NCBI GenBank assembly: GCA_035353815.1
Contig: DAOQAG010000009.1
Coordinates: 29,691 to 93,690, forward strand
DNA: 64,000 bases
Origin: a bacterium
GTDB taxonomy: Bacteria > Zhuqueibacterota > Zhuqueibacteria > Residuimicrobiales > Residuimicrobiaceae
Direction: 5' to 3'
This document shows positions 26,727-34,492 of the stretch, piece by piece (position 1 is the stretch's first letter; each line of letters opens with the position of its first letter). The notes beneath the pieces were generated by a model. That model was not told the origin of the DNA and did no database searches. It was given only the letters and a program-made list of their open reading frames with translations. The translations under genes were made by a program, and so were the position numbers.

Positions 26727-29027
26727 CTAGCGGCCCTCACGCATGGCCGAGAGCGAATAGGGGGCATCGGCAGGGTCTGTGCCGCGCTGGAAATTGGGCT
26801 GTGCACTCATGGTGAAATCGATGCGGCCGCCCTGAATGATCTCCTCGTGGCGGAGATAATTGCGCGACAGGGATTTGCCGTTGAGCGCGGCGGACTCGAT
26901 GTAGACATGGTCGGGACGGTTGTTCCGCGCGGTGATCACCAGTGTTTTTCCATTCTCCAGATGGACGGTCATGCGCTCGAACAGCGGCGATCCCAGGGCG
27001 TATTCTCCGGTACCGGGGCAGACCGGATAAAACCCCATGGCCGAGAGGACATACCAGGCGGAGGTCTGGCCGTTATCCTCATCGCCGCAGAGCCCGTCGG
27101 GATCGGGGGTGTAGAGCAGATTCATCACCTCGCGCACATGCTGCTGCGCCTTCCAGGGGGCGCCGGCCCAGTCGTAGAGATAGATGGCATGCTGGATGGG
27201 CTGATTGCCGTGGGCATATTGTCCCATGCCGGCGATGACCATTTCGGTGATCTCGTGGATCTGCCGGCCGTAATAGGAGCAATCGAAGGTCGGCGGGACC
27301 GAAAAAACCGAATCGAGTTTGGCGACGAACGGCGCCCGTCCGCCCATGAGGTCGATCAGCCCCTGGGGATCGTGAAAGACCGACCAGGTGTAGTGCCAGG
27401 CGCAGCCCTCGGTGAAGGCATCGCCCCACTTGTCGGGGTGAAAGGGGATCTGGAACGAGCCGTTGCGGAGCCGGCCGCGCATGAAACGGGTGGCGGGATC
27501 GAAGAGATTGCGATAATTCAGGGCGCGCTGGTGGAAGCGTGCGATTTCATCGGCAGGCCGCACCAGGGCGCGGGCGAGCTGCATGATGGTGAAATCGTCG
27601 TAGCTGTACTCCAGCGTCCGGGCGACATTTTCGTTGACGCCGACGTCGTAGGGGATATAGCCGAGTTCATTGTAATAGTTCACGCCGAAGCGGCCGACCG
27701 AGCGCAGGGGTCCCTCCTGCGCAGAATTCTTGAAGATGGCCTTATAAAGAGTCGCGATATCGTAGCCACGGATGCCCTTGAGCCAGACGTCGGCGATGAT
27801 CGCCGCCGAGTTGGAGCCGATCATACAATTACGGTGGCCAGGACTGGCCCACTCCGGCAGCCAGCCGCTCTCCTCAAAGGTATGGACCAGGCCCTCCATG
27901 ACCTGGGCGACCAGCCCGGGCTGCATGATGGTCAGCAGCGGAAAGGCGGCCCGGAAGGTATCCCAGAAGCCGTTGTCGGTGTAGAGATAACCCGGCAGGA
28001 CGGCGCCGTTATAGGGACTGTAATGGACGACCCGCCCGTCCCGGTCGTATTCGAAAAAGCGCCGCGGGAAGAGCATGGTACGGTAAAGAGCGGTGTAAAA
28101 GGTACGCTGTTGCGCCTCGGTTCCACCGCTGACGGCGATCCGCCCCAGTCCCTTGTTCCAGACGGCCCGGGCCTTGGCCAGGGTTTGATCGAAGGAATCG
28201 CCGCCCACTTCGCGGGCGAGATTGAGCTCCGCCTGTTCCGGGCTGATGAAGGAGGAGGCCACGCGCAGATGGACGACCTGGCCGGCGCGGCTCTTGAAGC
28301 GCAGCAGGGCACCGACATGTTCGCCCTCCAGCTCGAGGCGGTCGGGGAAGAGCTGATCACCCGACCAGGTGGCCGCGGCAAGGGGCTCGACGTCGAAATA
28401 GATCACAAAGTACGAATGGAAATTGGCCGGAACGCCCCCTTCGTTATTGCGGCAGTAGCCGACGATCTTTTTCTCCGCCGGGATGATCTTGACGTACGAG
28501 CCCATATGAAAGGCGTCGATCAGCAGCGCTGCGCTGTCGGATTGGGGATAGCGAATCCTGAACTGGGCGCAGCGCTCGGTCGGGGTGATCTCGGTCCAGA
28601 GGTCATAGTCGCCCAGATAGACCTGGTAATAATAGGGCCGGGCGGTTTCGCGCTTGTGCGTGAACCACGAGGCGCGCTCCTCCTCGCCGAGGCGGAGGCG
28701 GCCCGTCTGCGGCAGGATGGCAAAGGCTCCGTAATCGCCGATCCACGGAGAGGGTTGATGCGTCTGTTTGAAGCCGACGATCCTGGCCGCGTCATAGGTG
28801 TATTGCCAGCCATCGCCCATCCGGCCGGTCTGCGGCGTCCAGAAATTCATGCCCCAGGGCAGGGCGATGGCCGGATAGGTGTTGCCGGTGGAAAGCTGCG
28901 GCGAAGAGTCGCTGCCCACCAGGGGATTGACCAGATCGGCATAGCCGGCATCCTGTGGATCGATCTCCTTGCTGCCGGCCACAGCTGCACCCAGCAGCAA
29001 GGCCAGGATGATCAGATGGTGCTTCAT
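26727..29027 (-). CDS. GH92 alpha-mannosidase (third paralog)
   Basis: ATG at 29027 with AAGGAG 6 nt upstream. Signal peptide MKHHLIILALLLGAAVAG. VNPLVGSD, PWGMNFWTPQT, GNQPIQHAIYLYDW, GDEDNGQTSAWYVLSAMGFYPVCPG. Confidence 0.9.
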   Translation of the reverse strand: MKHHLIILALLLGAAVAGSKEIDPQDAGYADLVNPLVGSDSSPQLSTGNTYPAIALPWGMNFWTPQTGRMGDGWQYTYDAARIVGFKQTHQPSPWIGDYGAFAILPQTGRLRLGEEERASWFTHKRETARPYYYQVYLGDYDLWTEITPTERCAQFRIRYPQSDSAALLIDAFHMGSYVKIIPAEKKIVGYCRNNEGGVPANFHSYFVIYFDVEPLAAATWSGDQLFPDRLELEGEHVGALLRFKSRAGQVVHLRVASSFISPEQAELNLAREVGGDSFDQTLAKARAVWNKGLGRIAVSGGTEAQQRTFYTALYRTMLFPRRFFEYDRDGRVVHYSPYNGAVLPGYLYTDNGFWDTFRAAFPLLTIMQPGLVAQVMEGLVHTFEESGWLPEWASPGHRNCMIGSNSAAIIADVWLKGIRGYDIATLYKAIFKNSAQEGPLRSVGRFGVNYYNELGYIPYDVGVNENVARTLEYSYDDFTIMQLARALVRPADEIARFHQRALNYRNLFDPATRFMRGRLRNGSFQIPFHPDKWGDAFTEGCAWHYTWSVFHDPQGLIDLMGGRAPFVAKLDSVFSVPPTFDCSYYGRQIHEITEMVIAGMGQYAHGNQPIQHAIYLYDWAGAPWKAQQHVREVMNLLYTPDPDGLCGDEDNGQTSAWYVLSAMGFYPVCPGTGEYALGSPLFERMTVHLENGKTLVITARNNRPDHVYIESAALNGKSLSRNYLRHEEIIQGGRIDFTMSAQPNFQRGTDPADAPYSLSAMREGR

Positions 29028-29058
29028 GCTCCACTCCTTGGCTACAAGTCCGCACATC

Positions 29059-29316
29059 TCATTTTTTTCGCCATGCCGCCGCGGCGATCCAGCGCAGGCT
29101 GTGAAAGAGCAGGCGCAGCGCCGCCGCGATCAGATAGAGTACCAGCGCCAGGGCCAGAACGAATGGCAGCTGCGTGACCAGCTCGCCCCAACCCGCCTGG
29201 TATTTGACGATGGCATAGCCGTTGGCCAGCAGGGCGATCCCCAGGGAGATGATGCTGTACCTGATCTCCCGCGTGATCGCCGCGCCGGTGATGGTGATAT
29301 CCCTGATCTTAAACAT
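29059..29316 (-). CDS. 85-aa two-TM membrane protein, unknown function, translationally coupled to the upstream oxidoreductase
   Basis: The ATG at 29314-29316 overlaps the last codons and TAA of the Gfo/Idh/MocA gene (ATGTTTAA, 8-nt overlap). Sequence is MFKIRDITITGAAITREIRYSIISLGIALLANGYAIVKYQAGWGELVTQLPFVLALALVLYLIAAALRLLFHSLRWIAAAAWRKK. It has two clear hydrophobic spans and positive charges at both termini. No family recognised. Confidence 0.55.
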   Translation of the reverse strand: MFKIRDITITGAAITREIRYSIISLGIALLANGYAIVKYQAGWGELVTQLPFVLALALVLYLIAAALRLLFHSLRWIAAAAWRKK

Positions 29317-30571
29317 GATAGCGTTCTTCCAGCTTGAGCCGCGCGCCGGTCCGGGCCGCCTCTTCGGCGAGCAGCGACCATACCGTGGCATAATAGGCCT
29401 GCCGGGTCAGCTCCTCGGGAGCCTGGCCGGCGCGGATATAGCCGACGAAGGCCTCCAGCTGCAACCGGGTCTCGTCCATCCGGTAGTTGCCGGTAATATA
29501 GCCGCCTTCAGAGCGGACGGCGGTCTCGGGCACCCAGCTGGCGCCACCGATGGGGATCGTGGCGAAGAGATCCTCCTCGAGATCATGGACGAGTCGGCGG
29601 ATCGCCGGCGGCGCCGGGGGCGTTTCGGCATAGATCTTGTTCACTTCCAGCTCGAGGGTGCCTCGACTGCCGAAGATCTGTTCTTCGACCCCGTAGTGCT
29701 TGTTGCTGTTGATGGAATCGTAGATGAACTGCGCATCGTCGGGATAGGTAAACAGAGCGGCTACATGATCGTAGACCTCGCGTTTTCCCTTCCAGTAGAT
29801 CAGTCCGCCGTTGGCGACGACAGAAACGGGCTGCATCCCTTTGATCCAGCTTGCCACCTGCAGTTGATGGGACATCAGCTCGGTAAAGAGGCCGGCGGAA
29901 TATTCAGTGTAGAGGCGCCAGTTGATCTTCCGTTCCAGATCCGGCCTGCCGGCTGGCACCGGCCGCCGCCAGTCGCTGTTGCGGTGCCAGTAGCCGCGGA
30001 TATGGGTAATCTGGCCGAGTTCGCCGCTGCGGATCTTTTTCATGGCATCCAGGTAGATGGGACTGAAGAGGCGCTGATGTCCCACCTGGAGAATCCGGCC
30101 GGTGCGGCGGTGCAGATCGTACATGGCCTTGCTGTCGTCGAGGGTCCGGGCCATGGATTTCTCGCAAAAGACCTGTTGGCCGGCCTGGAGCGCGTCGAGC
30201 GTGACCGGCGCATGGACATGCAGCGGTGTGGCGACGACAACCCCGTCCAGATCCGTCCGCTCCAGCAGCCGGCGGTAATCGCGATAACCCGCCGCCTTGC
30301 CCGCCGTCAGCTCGAGGGCGCGCTGATAGTTCGGCTCATAATTATCGCAGATCGCGGCAATCTCGACATTAAGCGGGAGGGCGAAGGCCTGAATATTTTG
30401 CAGCAGGGCGCTGCCGCGGTCCCCGACCCCGATGATCCCGAGACGCACGCGCTCCAGAGCGGAGGGCGCGGCGGCCTTGCCGCTGAAAACCTTGAGCCAG
30501 GGTGCCGACGCCAGCATCAGGCCCGAGCCGGCCCCGGTCATGATCCCCTTCATGAATTCTCTTCGCTTCAT
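29309..30571 (-). CDS. Tat-exported Gfo/Idh/MocA-family NAD(P)-dependent oxidoreductase
   Basis: Twin-arginine signal MKRREFMKGIMTGAGSGLMLASA. Rossmann motif LGIIGVGDRGS. EKSMA (EKP-like) motif. Length 420 aa. Start is 9 nt after the ApbE stop. Confidence 0.85.
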   Translation of the reverse strand: MKRREFMKGIMTGAGSGLMLASAPWLKVFSGKAAAPSALERVRLGIIGVGDRGSALLQNIQAFALPLNVEIAAICDNYEPNYQRALELTAGKAAGYRDYRRLLERTDLDGVVVATPLHVHAPVTLDALQAGQQVFCEKSMARTLDDSKAMYDLHRRTGRILQVGHQRLFSPIYLDAMKKIRSGELGQITHIRGYWHRNSDWRRPVPAGRPDLERKINWRLYTEYSAGLFTELMSHQLQVASWIKGMQPVSVVANGGLIYWKGKREVYDHVAALFTYPDDAQFIYDSINSNKHYGVEEQIFGSRGTLELEVNKIYAETPPAPPAIRRLVHDLEEDLFATIPIGGASWVPETAVRSEGGYITGNYRMDETRLQLEAFVGYIRAGQAPEELTRQAYYATVWSLLAEEAARTGARLKLEERYHV

Positions 30572-30580
30572 CGTCTCTGG

Positions 30581-31459
30581 TCACACCTCCACGCTTGCAG
30601 GTACAGGCGTCACGGTCGCCCGGGTGCCGCGGTACGAGATTCGCACCACCTCCACCCTCTCCTCCAGCTGGTCCAGAACAGCGCCGATCCTGTTCTCGTC
30701 GAGGACCAGAAAGGCCGTCGAGAGGATTTCAGCTTGCAGCGGCGAATTGCCGATGACACACGCAATCCCGGTTCCGGTGACCGGCGTTCCAGTGCAGGGA
30801 TCGATGACATGCGCCCGCTGCTCCAGCCGGCCATCATCCTCCACTCGATAGTTGCTGGAAGACGAGAGCGCCTGGTCGCAAAGGGCAAAGGAGCAGGCCG
30901 GGCGCTCCGGATGATAGAGATCCCGGATCCCGACCGGCCAGGCCGCGCCGTGCGGATGTGTGCCTTTGACCAGGATCGAGCTTTCGCCGAAACTGATGAA
31001 GGCGTGGGCGACGGGGGCCGCGCCGAGGAGCGGCCGGATCCGCTCGAGGGCATACCCCTTGCCGAATCCGCCCAGATCGAGGCGAATCCCGGCACGGGCA
31101 AAGGCGATGCTCCGTTTTTCCCGGTCGAGAACGATCTCGTGCAGATGCGAGGCGGCCGGGCCTGCGCCACCTTGACCAAGCGTGATATCGAAAGCTCCGC
31201 CGGTCAGCTCCGCATAGCACAAACAGGTATCCAGAATCGCAAAGAGCTCGTCATCGAGGGCGACGCCGCCCCGATGGGCGCTCCGGTTGATCCGGCTGAT
31301 GTCGCTGCCGGGCTGAAAGCGGCTCAAGCGGGACTCGACCCGGTCGACCTCGGCGCGGATCCGGCCGAAGAGCCGCTCGCACAGTTCCGCATCCGCGTGC
31401 GGCAGCACCACGTTGAGGCGGCTGCCCATCGCATGGCAGCTGTTATGATAAACGTGCAT
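30581..31459 (-). CDS. apbE: ApbE-family FAD:protein FMN transferase, apparently without signal peptide
   Basis: ATG at 31459 with GGGGGGAGGG upstream. ApbE-like motifs AMGSRLNVVL, SDISRINR, GGAFDIT, DLGGFGKGYALE, HVIDPCTG. An in-frame TGA at 31505-31507 limits any N-terminal extension to MLGRKAAASRGEG, which has no hydrophobic h-region or lipobox. Confidence 0.8.
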   Translation of the reverse strand: MHVYHNSCHAMGSRLNVVLPHADAELCERLFGRIRAEVDRVESRLSRFQPGSDISRINRSAHRGGVALDDELFAILDTCLCYAELTGGAFDITLGQGGAGPAASHLHEIVLDREKRSIAFARAGIRLDLGGFGKGYALERIRPLLGAAPVAHAFISFGESSILVKGTHPHGAAWPVGIRDLYHPERPACSFALCDQALSSSSNYRVEDDGRLEQRAHVIDPCTGTPVTGTGIACVIGNSPLQAEILSTAFLVLDENRIGAVLDQLEERVEVVRISYRGTRATVTPVPASVEV

Positions 31460-31577
31460 GCCCTCCCCCCTGCTCGCCGCCGCCTTCCGGCCAAGCATCC
31501 GGCCTCAGCCGAGCCGAGCCGATCCAGAGTGGCAGCAGACCGCCACCGCGGCCTGTTTGCGTCCAGTCCGGCATCGC

Positions 31578-34424
31578 TCAGGAGGCGACAGGCGTGATGT
31601 TCAACGTGCCGCGCTGGCCCGGCTCAACCGGGATCAGCAGGCTGAGGGTGCCCCGGGCCAACTCCCGGCACTCCAGGGGCTGCCCGTTCCAGGTGGCCCG
31701 ATAGTGGCGCCCGGGATCGAGGCAGGCGACCACGGCGGTCGTACGCTTCCGGCCGTAAAATTTCAGAGTGGCTGTATAGGAGCGGTTGTCCGCGCCGAAG
31801 GCCTGGCTCTCCACCCAGCCGTCGAGGCCGCAGGTGAAGGTACCGGGGCGGAAATAGGCGCTGTACCAGAGCAGCACCGGCGTCGACAATCCGCCGAATT
31901 CATGCCACCCGGCGCCGCGTCCGGTCTCGATGAGAAAATGCTCCATGCAGTTGTACGAATTCTCCACCTCTTTCTTCCAGAGATCCAGGCCGGTGCGGGC
32001 GATCTGAAAGGCGAAATCGGCGCGGCCGAGATCGAGCATCGTTTTCCAGAAGAACCACTGGTGTGCGATCCACACGGTGCCGTTCCAGTAGCCGTCCATG
32101 CGGTAATAGGGCGCGGACTGGTCGACGGCCGAGAGGCCGATCGGCGACCAGAGGTGCTGTGGCGACTCGAGGCGCTCGAGCAGGAGCCGCTCCTGTTCGG
32201 GCGTGCACGCGCCCGCCACCAGCGGGTAGGCGCCATCCATGCCCATATCATAATTGACCCGCTCCTCATAGCGCATCTGCTGCACGGGCCGGCCCTGGGC
32301 ATCGTGCATGACATAGGCGAAATAGCCGCTTTCCGGGTCCCAGGCGTATTTTTGCAGCGCCGCGGTCAAGCGCTTGATGTCGGCTTCGTACTGGCGTACA
32401 TCCGCCTCGAGTCCCAGCTGCCGGGCGGCCATCTCGAGGATCCGGGCGGTGCGGATGACCTGGGCCGTGGTGATCACCGGGGTCACCCCCGCTTCCAGCT
32501 TGCGGTCATGAACGTATTTCTGGGGGGGATAATCGTCCCAGCCGCCCGAGTTGTAAAAGTAATCCCAGGTCTTGAGCAGATGCGATTTCATGGCGGCGGT
32601 GGTCGAACTGCCCAGGCGGCCGGCGAGAAATTCGTGATACTGTTTGAGGCGGGGATAGAAATAGCGCAGCATCTCCATCGACTGGCTGCGCTGCCACAAT
32701 TCGAGGAAGAGGTAATGCTGCACCGGCACCGGGGTGCCATGGTGGAGAAAGGCCGATTGGGCGCCCGGGGGGGTGGTATAGGTATTGAGGCACTCGATCG
32801 CGCGCCGCTCGTCGAGCTGCAGCAGCCCCATGCCGATGAAACCCGAATCCCAGGTATAGAGGCAGTCCCACCAGCGGCCCGGGGTGTTGTGGCGGATGTA
32901 CTGGCCCTGGGTGTAGACCGGATAGACGACATTGCAGAGGGTGGTGGCGCTCATGCGCATCTGGCTGAAAAGGTAGGGATCGCCTTCGCCGGGGAAATCG
33001 AGATCGACCACGTGGGCGCGCGCACGGGCGTAGATCTCTTCGCCCCGGGCCGCCGTGGCGCTGTACTGCCGCAGCTTCATCTCGACCTCCTGGCGCGTGC
33101 CGCAGCAGACCATGCCATATAGGACGCGCCGGCTCTGCGGCGTGAGGTTGACGGGGCGCAGAAAGACATTGGTATACTCTTCGTCGCCGTCGATCGTAAA
33201 CTCGGTGGGGACGTGGTCGTTGACCATGCGTTTAAAGTAGGTATCGATGTCCCGGCCGCGCCATTCGCGCACCTGGGACATGGGGAAATCCCACGCCAGG
33301 CCGTAATAGAGGGCGGTGTCCGCATATTTGAGGAGGAGCGACTGCGGCACCGGCCCTGCCAGGCGTTCCGGCCGGGATTGCCATTTTTTTTCGCCGAAGG
33401 TCAGGCCGCCCGCCTCCGCGGCGCTGAGCAGGGCGAAGCCGTCGAGGTCGATGGCGGAGCCACCGCGGGCCAGCAGCGTCAGCTCATGGCGGCCCGGCAC
33501 CAGGGAACCGAGGGGAACCCGGCACAGCTGCATGCCAGCGCCGCCTGCGAGGGCCACCTCGCGGTCGAGGAGGCCGCCAAGATGAAAGCGGCTGCTCGAA
33601 TCGGCGGCGAGGCGATAGCGCAGGACGAGGAGGGCGTCACTCAGGGGCGTCGTGGTCGTAAAAGCATAGGTGACGTGGTCGCCGGCCTCCGCGCCAAAGC
33701 CGGCGCCGAGCGCCGTGCCGTTGACAAAACCATGGTCGCGAATCTCGCCGCGGAACTTGCCGTCGTAGCCAAGATTGTCCTGCGGCCGGGGATGGGCGAA
33801 TTCCATCTCGCGATACGGCAGGGCATCGATCCACACGCCGGAAGGCGGCAGCTGGACGGTGGCCAGGAGGATCGGCGTGTCGGGGCTGTACTCCCGGATC
33901 GAGGGGAAATGCATCGAGGCGAGGAAATGGATGGCGAGGTTCTGCTTATCACCCGTGTTGTTGACACATTCGATCCGGACCAGCCGGGCTTGAGGATCGA
34001 TCTCGGAATAGGAGATGTCGGTATAGACCCGGTCCTGCCACTCCAGTTCATGGCGGAAGCTGAAATATTCGAACTGCGGCGAGGCCTCCCAGGGGTGATA
34101 ATCGGATTCAAAAAAGACGTTCGGCAGGGCCACCTTGCGGCGGTACAGACCCGGAAAGACGCCGACGTCGAAGCGCAATCCCTGCTGGGCATCCGGGATG
34201 TGCGACAGCCCGATATATTTTTTGGTATAGGGCCCCCAGGCTGGCAGGCTGAGGTCATGGGTCTGGTTCAGGGCCGCAAAATCGGCGGCTGTCCATGAGA
34301 AGGGCGCGGCGGCGGCGCAGCTCAGGGCCGCAAAATCGGCGGCTCTCCATGAGGTGGGCACAACGGCAGCGCAGCTCAGGGCCATCATCCAGAGGAGGAG
34401 GGGGAATTTGCGTGGAGCGGGCAT
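31578..34424 (-). CDS. large (alpha/alpha)6-barrel glycoside hydrolase, GH63-like / MGH1-like (family assignment tentative)
   Basis: ATG at 34424 with AAGGA upstream. Signal or lipoprotein-like N-terminus. The C-terminal half carries clan GH-G style motifs (TWDYFYNSGGWDDYPPQ, DMGMDGAYPL, WSPIGLSAVDQSAPYYRMDGYWNGTVWIAHQWFFW). The N-terminal half looks beta-sandwich-like. Confidence 0.6.
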   Translation of the reverse strand: MPAPRKFPLLLWMMALSCAAVVPTSWRAADFAALSCAAAAPFSWTAADFAALNQTHDLSLPAWGPYTKKYIGLSHIPDAQQGLRFDVGVFPGLYRRKVALPNVFFESDYHPWEASPQFEYFSFRHELEWQDRVYTDISYSEIDPQARLVRIECVNNTGDKQNLAIHFLASMHFPSIREYSPDTPILLATVQLPPSGVWIDALPYREMEFAHPRPQDNLGYDGKFRGEIRDHGFVNGTALGAGFGAEAGDHVTYAFTTTTPLSDALLVLRYRLAADSSSRFHLGGLLDREVALAGGAGMQLCRVPLGSLVPGRHELTLLARGGSAIDLDGFALLSAAEAGGLTFGEKKWQSRPERLAGPVPQSLLLKYADTALYYGLAWDFPMSQVREWRGRDIDTYFKRMVNDHVPTEFTIDGDEEYTNVFLRPVNLTPQSRRVLYGMVCCGTRQEVEMKLRQYSATAARGEEIYARARAHVVDLDFPGEGDPYLFSQMRMSATTLCNVVYPVYTQGQYIRHNTPGRWWDCLYTWDSGFIGMGLLQLDERRAIECLNTYTTPPGAQSAFLHHGTPVPVQHYLFLELWQRSQSMEMLRYFYPRLKQYHEFLAGRLGSSTTAAMKSHLLKTWDYFYNSGGWDDYPPQKYVHDRKLEAGVTPVITTAQVIRTARILEMAARQLGLEADVRQYEADIKRLTAALQKYAWDPESGYFAYVMHDAQGRPVQQMRYEERVNYDMGMDGAYPLVAGACTPEQERLLLERLESPQHLWSPIGLSAVDQSAPYYRMDGYWNGTVWIAHQWFFWKTMLDLGRADFAFQIARTGLDLWKKEVENSYNCMEHFLIETGRGAGWHEFGGLSTPVLLWYSAYFRPGTFTCGLDGWVESQAFGADNRSYTATLKFYGRKRTTAVVACLDPGRHYRATWNGQPLECRELARGTLSLLIPVEPGQRGTLNITPVAS
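34269..34383. repeat. 54-bp tandem duplication (2.1 copies) inside the 5-prime end of the GH63-like gene
   Basis: Units 34269-34322 and 34323-34376 share 47/54 identical positions by hand count, and a third unit starts CAGGGCC at 34377. They encode ALSCAAVVPTSWRAADFA / ALSCAAAAPFSWTAADFA / AL. Confidence 0.9.
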
Positions 34425-34492
34425 GTGGCATGTTCCTTTCTGGCCGCGCGGAGTACTCCGCTGGATCCGGGGTTCTGCAGAGGGCGGCTGGT

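Noticed and set aside
26427-29177. 916-aa plus-strand ORF (also 20641..22311, 23932..25074, 24953..26815, 29222..31597, 31458..33122, 33213..34298, 35441..36580, 36729..38321)
   Set aside because: All are antisense to recognisable GH92, GH28, oxidoreductase, ApbE, GH63-like or T9SS genes. They are Arg/Gly/Ala/Asp-rich with no motifs or RBS, as expected from G/C-rich third codon positions.
29272-29301. DITITGAAIT at the N-terminus of the 85-aa protein as a flavinylation motif
   Set aside because: The acceptor position (the final T/S of SGAT) is Ala, and the Asp spacing is off by one. It is kept only as a caveat in the finding and is not claimed.
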